Source: Ylistrum balloti
Taxonomy: Eukaryota
Reading direction: 5' to 3'
Assembly: GCF_031769215.1 (NCBI RefSeq)
Contig: NW_026781965.1
Location: 124,001-188,000, forward strand
DNA: 64,000 nt
The notes under the pieces were generated by a model. That model did no database searches, was not told where the DNA came from, and saw nothing but the letters and a program-made list of their open reading frames with translations. Below are positions 1 through 15,100 of the stretch, in pieces; positions within the stretch are counted from its first letter, which is position 1; every line of letters begins with the position of its first letter. Made by a program: the position numbers and the translations under genes.

Positions 1-85
1 GATACAGAAATTACTAAGAAATATGTTTATCATTCACATGACTAGTTTCCTGTGAATTGACTCATGCAGGTAAAAATGGTACTAC

Positions 86-112
86 CTTGATACCCTTGAC
101 ACCAGGATAACC
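86..112 (-). CDS. Coding exon 5 (27 nt): GYPGVKGIK
   Basis: Acceptor aatttcag|GGT and donor AAG|GTAGTA. Three Gly-X-Y triplets, phase 0-0. Confidence 0.85.
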
Positions 113-3100
113 CTGAAATTAAATTGTACTTATAACACACTTAAAACAGAGTACCAGAGGGCAAATTGTACTTATAACACACTTAAAACAGAGTACCAGA
201 GGGCAAATTATACTTATAACACACTTAAAACATAAAACCAAAGGGCAAATTGTACTTATAATACACTTAAAACAGAGTACCACAGGGCAAATTGTACTTA
301 TAAAACACTTAAAACATCGTACCACAAGGCAAATTGTACTTATAACACACTTAAAACATAGTACCAAAGGGCAAATTGTACTTATAACACACTTAAAACA
401 GAGTACCAAATGGCAAATTGTACTTATAACACACTTAAAACAGAGTACCAAAGGGCAAATTGTACTTATAACACACTTAAAACAGAGTACCAAAGGGCAA
501 ATTGTACTTATAACACACTTAAAACAGAGTACCACAGGGCAAATTGTACTTATAACACACTTAAAACATAGTACCAAAGGGCAAATTGTACTTATAACAC
601 ACTTAAAACAGAGTATCAAAGGGCAAATTGTACTTATAACACACTTAAAACAGAGTATCAAAGGGCAAATTGTACTTATAACACACTTAAAACAGCAAAG
701 TACCAAAGGGCAAATTGTAACACACTTATAACACACTTAAAACACACTTAAAACAAAGGGCAAATTGTACTTATAACACACTTAAAACATAGTACCAAAG
801 GGCAAATTGTACTTATAACACACTTAAAACAGAGTACCACAGGGCAAATTGTACTTATAACACACTTAAAACATAGCACCAAAGGGCAAATTGTACTTAT
901 AACACACTTAAAACATAGTACCAAAGGGCAAATTGTACTTATAACACACTTAAAACAGAGTACTACAGGGCAAATTGTACTTATAACACACTTAAAACAG
1001 AGTACCAAAGGGCAAATTGTACTTATAACACACTTAAAACAGAGTACCAAAGGGCAAATTGTACTTATAACACACTTAAAACATAGTACCACAGGGCAAA
1101 TTGTACTTATAACACACTTAAAACAGAGTACCAAAGGGCAAATTGTACTTATAACACACTTAAAACAGAGTATCAAAGGGCAAATTGTACTTATAACACA
1201 CTTAAAACAGAGTACCAAAGGGCAAATTGTACTTATAACACACTTAAAACAGGGCAAATTGTACTTATAACACACTTAAAACAGAGTACCAAAGGGCAAA
1301 TTGTACTTATAACACACTTAAAACAAAGGGCAAATTGTACTTATACCAAAGGGCAAACACACACAGAGTACCAAAGGGCAAATTGTACTTATAACACACT
1401 TAAAACAGAGTACCAAAGGGCAAATTGTAACACACTTAAAACAGAGTACCAAAGGGCAAATTGTACTTATAACACACTTAAAACAGAGTATCAAAGGGCA
1501 AATTGTACTTATAACACACTTAAAACAGAGTACCAAAGGGCAAATTGTACTTATAACACACTTAAAACAGAGTACCAAAGGGCAAATTGTACTTATAACA
1601 CACTTAAAACAGAGTACCAAAGGGCAAATTGTACTTATAACACACTTAAAACAGAGTACCAAAGGGCAAATTGTACTTATAACACACTTAAAACAGAGTA
1701 CCAAAGGGCAAATTGTACTTATAACACACTTAAAACAGAGTATCGAATGGCAAATTGTACTTATAACACACTTAAAACAGAGTACCAAAGGGCAAATTGT
1801 ACTTATAACACACTTAAAACAGAGTACTACAGGGCAAATTGTACTTATAACACACTTAAAACAGAGTACTACAGGGCAAATTGTACTTATAACACACTTA
1901 AAACAGAGTACCACAGGGCAAATTGTACTTATAACACACTTAAAACAGAGTACTACAGGGCAAATTGTACTTATAACACACTTAAAACAGAGTATCGAAT
2001 GGCAAATTGTACTTATAACACACTTAAAACATAGTAACAAAGGGCAAATTGTACTTAAAACACACTTAAAACAGAGTACCACAGGGCAAATTGTACTTAT
2101 AACACACTTAAAACAGAGTATCAAAGGGCAAATTGTACTTATAACACACTTAAAACAGAGTACCACAGGGCAAATTGTACTTATAACACACTTAAAACAG
2201 AGTACTACAGGGCAAATTGTACTTATAACACACTTAAAACATAGTACCACAGGGCAAATTGTACTTATAACACACTTAAAACAGAGTATCAAAGGGCAAA
2301 TTGTACTTATAACACACACTTAAAACAGAGTACCACAGGGCAAATTGTACTTATAACACACTTAAAACAGAGTATCAAAGGGCAAATTGTACTTATAACA
2401 AACACACTTAAAACAGAGTATCAAAGGGCAAATTGTACTTATAACAAACACACTTAAAACAGAGTACCAAAGTGCATAAAATAGTACATTCCTGTCTCAC
2501 TGTCAGGTGACATTCCTGTATCAAAATACATGAAAATACAGCATTAGAACAAGACTTCTGTTTAAGAAAGTACAACTTTATGTCAAGATGATAAAGCCCA
2601 CAGAGCGTCCGATGAATCACTCAGACAAGATTAAAATTCTGAAAAAAAAACAAAAAAAAAAAACAGCAGCATTAATTCTTGAAAAAAAAAAAATACAAAA
2701 AAAAAAAAAAAATAACACTGAAACTGAATTCTCCTCAGGAAATCACAACTACATGTCATGACCAAATTAATTGTACCAAGCTTTTAAGGGATCAGTTGAA
2801 ATCCAACAGAAGATATCTTCAGCCAAGATTGAGATTCTGAACAAAAAAGGCAAAAACTGTTGGATCACATTCTACACATGAAAATACAAATTCATGGCAT
2901 CATGACAGAGCCTTCCAAGTTTCACAAAAATAAAAACAGAGTGCATGGCATCATGACAGAGCCTTCCAAGTTTCACAAAAATAAAAACAGAGTGCAAATC
3001 TCTAAGACAAAACGATTTACAGTATTTTATTCCATTCCCTATCATCTAATGCTGAAGTACCTTCATACACAAAGGCCACAGAAAATCTGTATGGATTATC

Positions 3101-6100
3101 AGGGTTAAAATACTGGACATGAAATCAACTGGAAATATTACCAACAGTATAAATTACATCCAAAACACAAGTTTGGTGATTATCACAAGTCATAAAAAGG
3201 TCACAGACAAGTTTGGTGACTATCACTTGTCACAAGGATAAAGGACAAGTTTCTGCTATCAATTTCTACTTTTGGTGCAATATGTTGTTCTGTTTTAGCA
3301 TTTGACCTTGAACATACTCATATCAACTCTTTTATAAGTATACATATCATTGATGCCAACAATATTGTATTGCTTGCAGCTTCCCTGCTATAGAAGCTGT
3401 TATACAGTCAGACTTCTATGAATCAAAATTTGATAATTATTTACGGACCGTGGGATGTTGGCATGTGTTTAAAGAACATTATTGTTTCACTTCACATTTT
3501 GATAATAAAAATTTTAACAAACATTAATCCATAGTCATATTAAGTCAATCCACACTCCTCATACTGATATGTCAATGCTAACTTCTGCCAATACAATGTT
3601 CTTTATTCAGACTGATTTCTTCGTCATGGTATCCAAAGTTATTTAGATCAAAACGAAACCTGAAATTTTGTTTGAACTGACTGAAAGTTTACATAACCAT
3701 CCTTTATAATATCACCATTCAAAATTTCAAACCTGAGCTACATGACTTTCACCTTACAGAAACTATAACAATGAATATACCCTCGAAACAAAGCAGATCA
3801 CTTTCTGCCAAGCTGTTTCCCAAAATAAAAAAAAAATGATCCAACTACAACTAGGACCCAAGGGCAACTTTGTCCTAAAAGTGAAAGTTGACTGCATAAT
3901 TATTCAATAAGTAGAACTCAGTGAGGATGGGTTTTTTTCTGAGAAACAGTCCCAACAAAAAGTGTTTTATGGAGAGACAGTCAGGACATACACAACAGCT
4001 GATTCAAAAAGATAACCACCATCTGATCAGGGTATGAATCTAACCAGTAAACCAATTGGAAAGAAACCATAGAATAATATAGGATGTGAAAACATGTCAT
4101 ACATCATAAAATAGTTTAACATTACATTGAACAAAAAACTCTCACTGTCGTCCATGAAATAAAAATATCTTATATCTTAAGTATCTAACAAGAATTAACG
4201 GTATTGGGTCCTCAAAACGACTCCTTCAGTTATGAATGATGCTTATTAAAGTATTTCAAAATAGGGCAGGAAGATCTGTGGAACCATCTGACTTAAACCT
4301 TTAGCAATTTTAAGCAATGAACTTAACACTGGAAGGGAACCCTCACATACACCTCTAGAAATGAATCCTTTCATTAATCTCCTGGTAAGCCATTTTCCCC
4401 AACCAACATATGGACGTCACCATTGTTTCAGATACCATACTACACTAACATACCAAATTTCATTAAAATCAATGCCTGAATTTTTACCAATCAGACGCCT
4501 CCATCTGACAGCCATTTTGGCGACACTATCATTTTGATTACAGGTGAAATATATAAGCAAATCAGAAAATGGCATTTACTTGCAGATATGAGGCCATCAG
4601 TATTAATCCCTCAAGTTTTGTTTGTGGGGACTTAACTATGGCAGAACAACATTACATACACAAGCAACTTTATCAAGTTGCAGTGTAGAAATGAGTATTC
4701 TAAATAGCTGTATGTTCCAGTAATTGAGTTTCACTGCATATCACAAAGAATATCACAAAGAAAATACATCTATGAAGTCTAATGTGCCTGAAGCCAGAGT
4801 TAATGAAATTTCAACTTTGTGAAACTTGTTTTATCAATTCTAAGAAAGTATTTCTTTTGTCTGTTCTGTGCCCCTTGGTAACAAACAGAAATTGTCAGTT
4901 TAGTTTGAAGAGAAGTGTTGGAAACAGCAGCCATATTGACATCTTTGCAGGGCCAGCCTGGCACCCCTGAATGTTCCTATGAACCACCAATTATATCTCC
5001 CAGAAACACCATTTCTATTATGCTTACATCTGGGCGATAGAATATAACTTCCTGGTAACAGCCAATGTAAATTAGCTATAAGGAGAAGAATGGCTGATTG
5101 TAGTAACAAAGAAACACACCACAGACAATGATACACTGGGTTATTATCAGAGGAAAGTGTAGGGAACCCAATGTATTTTATAGTGATACTATTCACCTTG
5201 TCATAATTCACAACTCGCCACAACACAAACCTAGTCCTAATACAACCCTTGTCATAATAAACGCTTTGTCATAGAACACCCCATGTCATAGGACAACCCG
5301 TTGTCATAAGCACACTTTGTCATAAAACACCCTTTGTCATAATACACACCTTGTAATAAAACACCCTTTGTCATACGACAACCCTTTGTCATAAAACACC
5401 CTTTGTCATAAAACACACCTTGTAATAAAACACCCTTTGTCATAAGACACCAGTTGTCATAAAAGACCCCTTGTCATAAACACATCTTGTCATAATACAC
5501 ACCAAGTTAAAATACACTAAATCATAAACACACTTTTCAAAATACATACATCATAAACACCCCTTGTCATCGTGTTTGTTGTCCTATTCATTGCCCCATG
5601 AATATCTTGGGTCATTTTGTTGCTACCTCATTAAACATCATAATACACCACTATGAAATTCACATACTCCTATAGAACAGTGGCTCCGGAGATTCCAACA
5701 GAGAAATAGATCACCAGTACATTGAAAGCTTAAAAGAAAAAAAAAGATCATTTGACTAGTGCAAGTCACATGATTTCTCTTTACCTAAACATCACAGCCT
5801 CCATTTAAAAAGAGCTTAGGTTAAAATAGCTTTTCAACGCTTTATAAAGTAGTAAAGAGCAGAGTATTATTAAGAATGTCCATTAACACACTGTCAATGG
5901 CATTTTACCTTGTAAGAGCAGTGGAAATAACCAGACCAGGGTTCCAACTCAGACCCTCTAAACTCTAGACAGATGCTCTACCAACTTAGCTACCTGGACC
6001 AGTGCTGCTACAGCAACTCAAGGGGAAAAAATCCGAAGTATCTGACAAGGAAGTCTAGGGTCATTGGGTCATCATCATGGGAAGCCTTTCCTAATTCTAA

Positions 6101-9100
6101 GTGTTATGACAGTTTTGAATTGCTGTAAAGTAACTTGTTAAATGTCATATTGCTAAAGTAAATCTAAAAGTCATTCAGCACTTCACTATTGTTATGTAAA
6201 ACTATAAATATATGGTAGCAGACAATGTTGTATTATAGTACTTTGATATAGGAGCTACATGTTAGTACTTAATGATACATTGGTGAAAAATCATAAAGAA
6301 TACGTGATTATACAGCTAACACGCTCTGTAAAAAGTAAGCTTCTTTTGTCATTTCATAGATATAGGTCTATCTTTGAATGCATGATTCCAATTCATCAGA
6401 AAAAATACTATTTTAAGAAGACTATTTTGAAACTTTTTTAAAAACGATTTCCGTTGAAGCCCTTTACAGTAGTATCTAGCTATACAGTGTTAGTATTTAA
6501 CGTGATAGTAATTACTATATACAAAAGGAAAGGTTCCATCAGGTCTCAGCTCCAACACCACAGCTCTGAAAAATGATAGAACTTTCCATATCTGTGTAAC
6601 ACAAAGTTAGTATGTTATATGGAGATGTGAACTATACCGGAAATCCAGTGTAACCTTTCTCTCCCTGTAAAATATTACAGCAATATAATTAGATACAGAG
6701 ACACATCATCACAGTGACATAATCAAAACATAGACACACATCATCACAGTGACATAATCAAAACATAGAGACACATCATCACCTTTCTCTCCCTGTAAAA
6801 TATTACAGCAATATAATTAGATCCAGAGACACATCATCACAGTGACATAATCAAAACATAGAGACACATCATCACCTTTCTCTCCCTGTAAAACATTACA
6901 GCAATATAATTAGATACAGAGACACATCATCACAGTGACATAATCAAAACATAGAGACACATCATCACCTTTCTCTCCCTGTAAAACATTACAGCAATAT
7001 AATTAGATACAGAGACACATCATCACAGTGACATAATCAAAACATAGAGACACATCATCACCTTTCTCTCCCTGTAAAACATTACAGCAATATAATTAGA
7101 TACAGAGACACATCATCACAGTGACATAATCAAAACATAGAGACACATCATCACAGTGACATAATCAAAACATAGAGACACATCATCACAGTGACATAAT
7201 CAAAACATAGAGACACATCATCACAGTGACATAATCAAAACATAGAGACACATCATCACAGTGACATAATCAAAACATGCACACATAATTACAGGGAAAT
7301 TATCAAATATAAAGATGTTTTATTATAGATTTACAGATGTCGAGCCTAAAGAGTTATGGCTTAATTAAGAAATATCCTTATTTGTACTGTTAAATATTTA
7401 GAAATTAAATAAACCCTCTTCAGCACTCATATATCAGTCATTTGTAAATTTAAAACCATGATAGAATTGCTCAAATGTGTGATAGAACCCCACAACTTGC
7501 ACACAGATGTGCATGAGCTTATTTTGTCGAGTTTTCCTATACTGTGCACATCACACATAGAGTAACATTGTGTAATTCCATAATAGTATAGATAGAAAAC
7601 AACATGGGCATTTTTCCTGTGTTAAACAAACTCTAAAATTTTTGAAAAAAAAGGTATTTTGAACTTTAATATGAAAATGATAAAGTTAGTTTCACAAATA
7701 TTTGGATATTTGGTATTTGGTAGTTTCCTTATGATTATAAAATAACAGGTACAGACCTACTGTCACTTCTAACATTCTATAATTTACTTACCCTTAATCC
7801 TGTATCTCCCTTTTCTCCCTTTTGTCCTAAAAAACAGAAAATGAATTATCAGACTGGATATTTACAAAAGTAAGTTATAAATAAAAAATACTCTTACCTA
7901 TATTGGTATACATTGAGGATCATATCAAAGTGAAATTTATGAAATCTCCAGATAAGATTAATATCATGAGAGGAATAATGATCATGAACTCTTCCAAATA
8001 CAGCGAAGTCAAATTGCCAATCAGGAAAATGCAGTTTCATGTCAGGATGATTAAGCCTACAAGTTTTAAACAAAGTGGTTTAAAACTGGAACAAAATATC
8101 TCTGGATAAGATTAATATCATGAAAACAACAACAGTAGGGACATCCCAAGTATATCTATAATTGTATAGGGTAGGGACATCCCAAGTATATCTATAATTG
8201 TATAGGGTAGGGACATCCCGAGTATATCTATAATTGTATAGGGTAGGGACATCCCAAGTATATCTATAATTGTATAGGGTAGGGACATCCCAAGTATATC
8301 TATAAATGTATAGGGTAGGGACGTCCCAAGTATATCTATAATTGTATAGGGTAGGGACGTCCCGAGTATATCTATAATTGTATAGGGTAGGGACATCCCA
8401 AGTATATCTATAATTGTATAGGGTAGGGACATCCCAAGTATATCTATAAATGTATAGGGTAGGGACATCCCAAGTATATCTATAATTGTATAGGGTAGGG
8501 ACATCCCAAGTATATCTATAAATGTATAGGGTAGGGACATCCCGAGTATATCTATAATTGTATAGGGTAGGGACATCCCGAGTATATCTATAATTGTATA
8601 GGGTAGGGACATCCCGAGTATATCTATAATTGTATAGGGTAGGGACATCCCGAGTATATCTATAATTGTATAGGGTAGGGACATCCCGAGTATATCTATA
8701 ATTGTATAGGGTAGGGACATCCCGAGTATATCTATAAATGTATAGGGTAGGGACATCCCAAGTATATCTATAATTGTATAGGGTAGTGATATCTCCAGTA
8801 TATCTATAAATGTATATGGTAGGGATATCCCAGTATATCTACAACTGTATATGGAAGGGATATCCCTGATATATCTATAAATGTATATGGCAGGGAAATG
8901 CCCAGTATACCTATAAATGTATAGGGTAGGGATATCCCAAGTATATCTATAAATGTATAGGGTAGGGGTATCCCCAGTATTTCTATAAATGTATATGGTA
9001 GGGATATCCCAGTATATCTACAACTGTATATGATAGGGATATCCAAGTATATCTATATTTGGTTGGGATATCCCAGTATATCTATATTTGGTTGGGATAT

Positions 9101-12100
9101 CCCGAGTATATCTATATTTGGTTGGGATATCCCAGTATATCTATATTTGGTTGGGATATCCCGAGTATATCTATATTTGGTTGGGATATCCCGAGTATAT
9201 CTATATTTGGTTGGGATATCCCAGTATATCTATATTTGGTTGGGATATCCCAGTATATCTATATTTGGTTGGGATATCCCAGTATATCTATATTTGGTTG
9301 GGATATCCCAGTATATCTATATTTGGTTGGGATATCCCAGTATATCTATATTTGGTTGGGATATCCCGAGTATATCTATATTTGGCTGGGATATCCCCAG
9401 TATTTGTGTTGTTCTGTCAGTGAGTATATCTTCAGTTCTGATGATTATATCCAGCATATCTTACTGTAGTGATAATCCACTCCATCATCTACAGTGAAGT
9501 CACAATCAACATATCTCTGATTAGAGTTGATAAGATTATTAAGAAAACGTAACAGGTTTTTTCTTCGTGTAGAACACCAGTCTTCTACTGACAGTGTAAA
9601 CCTCAAAACTATGAAGATAATTAGAGGAAGTGAATATGACAGCTACGTTTTTTACGCATGTTTAATTTTATAAAAGCTTGTTTTTTTTTGTACATATCAA
9701 GGAGTTTATTTTTGTGGTGATAGTATTACCTATAATTAGAAATATTAAGCTGAGCTTGTGTAGTAGCACTGTCAAGGTGTACCCTTGCACCCCCATGACC
9801 TGTTTGTGCACTTGATGACCCCAATAAGCCACAACTTTGATGTTTTGAGGCAATATGTTAAAATGAGCTTAGATGTGTATTTGAGACAGGTGTTAGATGC
9901 CATGAGCCCCTGTACTATAGCAGTATACTGGTATTGATTCCAGTCATGGCCTCCTTCTTACGATCACCTGATTTTGACTTCTGTGATCTGTGATCTCATA
10001 TGTTCCTTTTAAGAGTTCCTTGTATAATTAGGACTATGTAATCAACATTTTCATCCATTATCTTATTTTTATACAAGTATACAAATTGTTTTCAAGATAG
10101 TTTTTCGAAAGAGTTTGTTTCTTAAATCTTTTCCATCAATGTGTAACATTTTGATTTTATTTTCCATTTTATTAAGTTTTTCTAAATTTCCATAATCTGA
10201 TTTTACATTATTTACCATTTGATCAGCAAAGAAGTTTCAATATATTTTTCTCAAGTTCATTCACCTGTAAATTCTCACAAAGCACAGGGACAGATTTTCA
10301 ACAAAACTTATGGTTAAGATATAGCCATAATGAGGTAAGGTTTTGACAGCTCTATACTAATGGTTAAGATATAGCCATAGTGAGGTAAGGATTTGACAGC
10401 TCTATACTAATGGTTAAGATATAGCCATAGTGAGGTAAGGATTCGACAGCTCTATACTAATGGTTAAGATATAGTCACAGTGAAAATATACCATTGTTTG
10501 TTTGTGAATAAATGAAATATTCCATTGTTTGTTTGTGAATAAATGAAATATTCCATTGTTTGTTTGTGAATAAATGAATGTTTGTAAAACAAAACTTAGC
10601 AAATTTGGGAATGATTTAAGGAAAAACAAAATGCTTGACATAAATCATTTGTTTATAAGCAAATCTGGAGAATTTATTTTGTCCCTTCCCATTGAGAGTT
10701 GGGATGATTGATGATGGGAGACTGCTTTCTACCTGGTAGAGGGATCACCAGAGAGCCTCTCTTTGACACTTAACCAATGAGATCTGCTGCAGTGTTTGAC
10801 AACAAACTGATGGTGATTTGAAACTAGGAATGAAGTTTAATAAGAATGACAGAAGTGTGGTGTCTCTGATCTGTTTGATCCTCTGATTAACTTGCTGTAA
10901 TTGGCAAGGGGAACTTCATTTTAATAAGAGGATAATACATATTGAGTGAGCCACACGCCAGACTTGGTTTGGCAGTCCTCCATCCCTCTCCTCTCACTGT
11001 TTACAGTGTAGCTTTGTGCTCGTGTCTTCTCAAGTTTTGGCTGGTGTAAAGAAAGATGTATGGACGGCAGAAGCAACAATGACAGCAACCAGAGACAGGC
11101 AACCCTCAATTGTTTTGTCAATTGAGAAGCCACAGTAAATGAGCCATCTTTGATCTTGATAACATAAAAAGCTGATGTATGAAGGAGGAATGTGAGAGTG
11201 ACGAGAATCATGAATTGGTGTGTGTTATGCCATTCTGACATCACAGTCCCAGCAGGCATGTGTTGTGTATGGATAATCCAAACTGTGACGGCTGCTGGGA
11301 CTAGTCCTACACACTTATGTCTAATATCCCCTTAATGAGGGAAGCAGACCCTACCAAGGCATTCCACACTAATATACAACAGTACATAATATCCAAAAGG
11401 CCAAGAGGGTCAATAATTTTGATAATACATGCCTATATAAACAAATGTTTATACTACGAGGTACTGGTGTTATACCCTGTGTATAGAGATCCATCACTAG
11501 TGTTATACCCTGTGTATAGAGATCCATCACTAGTGTTATAGCCTGTGTATAGAGATCCATCACTGGTGTTATACCCTGTGTATAGAGATCCATCACTGGT
11601 GTTATACCCTGTGTATAGAGATCCATCACTAGTGTTATACCCTGTGTATAGAGATCCATCACTAGTGTTATAGCCTGTGTATAGAGATCCATCACTGGTG
11701 TTATACCCTGTGTATAGAGATCCATCACTGGTGTTATACCCTGTGTATAGAGATCCATCACTAGTGTTATACCCTGTGTATAGAGATCCATCACTAGTGT
11801 TATACCCTGTGTATAGAGATCCATCACTAGTGTTATACCCTGTGTATAGAGATCCATCACTGGTGTTATACCCTGTGTATAGAGATCCATCACTAGTGTT
11901 ATACCCTGTGTATAGAGATCCATCACTAGTGTTATAGCCTGTGTATAGAGATCCATCACTGGTGTTATACCCTGTGTATAGAGATCCATCACTGGTGTTA
12001 TACCCTGTGTATAGAGATCCATCACTGGTGTTATATCCTGTGTATAGAGATCCATCACTGGTGTTATACCCTGTGTATAGAGATCCATCACTGGTGTTAT

Positions 12101-15100
12101 ATCCTGTATATAGAGATCCATCACTGGTGTTATACCCTGTGTATAGAGATCCATCACTGGTGGTACACCCTGTGTATGCATACATCTGATAGAGATCTGT
12201 CATTAGTGTTATACCTTGTGTATAGGGATCCGTCACTGGTGTTATACCCTGTGTATAGAGATCAATCACTGGTGTTCTACCCTGTGTATAGAGATCCATC
12301 ACTGGTGTTATACCCTGTGTATAGAGATCCATCACTGGTGTTACACCCTGTGTATAGAGATCCATCACTGGTGTTATACCCTGTGTATAGAGATTCATCA
12401 CTGGTTTTACACCCATCTGATAGAGATCTGTCATTAGTGTTATACCCTGTGTAAAGAGATCCATCACTGGTGTTATACCCTGTGTATAGAGATCCATTTA
12501 CTGGTGGTATACCCTGTGTAAAGAGATCCATCACTGGTGTTATACCCTGTGTATAGAGATCCATCACTGGTGTTATACCCTGTGTATAGAGATCCATCAC
12601 TGGTGTTATATCCCGTATATAGAGATCCATCACTGGTGTTATACCCTGTGTATAGAGATCCATCACTGGTGGTACACCCTGTGTATACATACATCTGATA
12701 GAGATCTGTCATTAGTGTTATACCCTGTGTATAGAGATCCATCACTGGTGTTATACCCTGTGTATAGAGATCCATCACTGGTGTTATACCCTGTGTATAG
12801 AGATCCATCACTGGTGTTATACCCTGTGTATAGAGATCCATCACTGGTGTTATACCCTGTGTATAGGGATCCATCACTGGTGTTATACCCTGTGTATAAA
12901 GATCAATTACTGGTGTTATACCCTGTGTATACATACATCTGATAGAGATCTGTCATTAGTGTTATACCCTGTGTATAGAGATCCATCACTGGTGTTATAC
13001 CCTGTGTATAGAGATCCATCACTGGTGTTATACCCTGTGTATACATACATCTGATAGAGATCTGTCATTAGTGTTATACCCTGTGTATAGAGATCCATCA
13101 CTGGTGTTATAAACTGTGTATAGAGATCCATTACTGGTGTTATACCCTGTGTATAGAGATCAATCACTGGTGTTACACCCTGGGTATACATACATCTGAT
13201 AGAGATCTGTCATTAGTGTTATACCCTGTGTATAGAGATCCATCACTGGTGTTACACCCTGGGTATACATACATCTGATAGAGATCTGTCATTAGTGTTA
13301 TACCCTGTGTTTAGAGATCCATCACTGGTGTTATACCCTGTGTATAGAGATCCATCACTGGTGTTACACCCTGTGTTTAGAGATCCATCACTGGTGTTAT
13401 ACCCTGTGTATAGAGATCCATCACTGGTGTTATACCCTGTGTATACATACATCTGATAGAGATCTGTCATTAGTGTTATACCCTGTGTATAGAGATCCAT
13501 CACTGGTGTTACACCCTGTCTATACATACATCTGATAGAGATCTGTCATTAGTGTTATACCCTGTGTATAGAGATCCATCACTGGTGTTATACCCTGTGT
13601 ATAGAGATCCATCACTGGTGTTATACCCTGTGTATACATACATCTGATAGAGATCTGTCATTAGTGTTATACCCTGTGTATAGAGATCCATCACTGGTGT
13701 TACACCCTGACTATACATACATCTGATAGAGATCTGTCATTAGTGTTATACCCTGTGTATAGAGATCCATCACTGGTGTTACACCCTGTCTATACATACA
13801 TCTGATAGAGATCTGTCATTAGTGTTATACCCTGTGTATAGAGATCCATCACTGGTGTTACACCCTGTCTATACATACATCTGATAGAGATCTGTCATTA
13901 GTGTTATACCCTGTGTATAGAGATCCATCACTGGTGTTATACCCTGTGTATAGAGATCCATCACTGGTGTTATACCCTGTGTATACATACATCTGATAGA
14001 GATCTGTCATTAGTGTTATACCCTGTGTATAGAGATCCATCACTGGTGTTACACCCTGGGTATACATACATCTGATAGAGATCTGTCATTAGTGTTATAC
14101 CCTGTGTTTAGAGATCCATCTCTGGGTGTTATACCCTGCGTATAGAGATCCATCACTGGTGTTACAGCCTATGAAAACATACGTCTGATAGAGATCTGTC
14201 AGTAGTGTTATGCCCCTTGTATACACACAAAAGATAGAGATCCATCATTTCAGTTATAATATATATATATTTCTGGTTCAAGTGATGACAAATATTTCAA
14301 AAATTTATTATGATATTACTGACTGATGTATTTGGCCTTTCTACACCCAAGTTTCTATTACACGTCTGTTACATAACTCTGTCAGCCATTTTAAAGTTCA
14401 TCTCTTTAGTTAATGATGTGATAAATCTTGAGGTATACTGGATCAGCAGTAAGATTGTGACACATAAATATCTGGTTTCATAGTGTTTTACAACTAGGGA
14501 GTTATAAAATTGTCTGCTGGAGAGTGTGCTGCTTTCTCCTTATCAGCTCCCCTGGTACTATCAGTTTACCAACAACCACCTGTTTTTTCCAGTCAGCCAA
14601 TCAAAAGAGATTTGTACAATATCTGAGAAATACATTTTATTTTCAATGCAATACATATACCAGTGCATGTGTCTGGATGCTACATAGACAAAGTAAACAA
14701 AGTCCCTCAATAAAATGTCATACAGAAAGTGTTTATATTGATAATAAACATTTCAACCATTTACTAAGATTTCACATCTTATTTACAGTGACATCTGTAA
14801 ATGTGTTATCATTAGATACAGCATGGTTGTATAAAACAAGGTCGTCATTATAAAGTAAATAAGAATGTCATTAGATGTAATCAGGAAATCATTGGATAAA
14901 ATAAAGATGTCACTTGATATAATAAGTATAATCTAGGCTGTCTCTGGACACTATAAGGCTGTCACTGGACACTATAAGGCTGTCACTGCACACTATAAGG
15001 CTGTGACTGGACACTATAAGGCTGTCACTGCACACTATAAGGCTGTCTGTGTACACTATAAGGCTGTCACTGCACACTATAAGGCTGTCACTGGTCACTA

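Noticed and set aside
4936-4990. + strand cag|GQPGTP collagen-like start
   Set aside because: Wrong strand for the gene, Gly-X-Y stops after two triplets, and there is no donor.
5929-6001. Functional tRNA gene
   Set aside because: The B-box is mutated and the stems do not pair; treated as a SINE remnant.
10921-11259. 112-aa minus-strand ORF in unique intronic sequence
   Set aside because: No recognisable domain and no phase-compatible splice sites.
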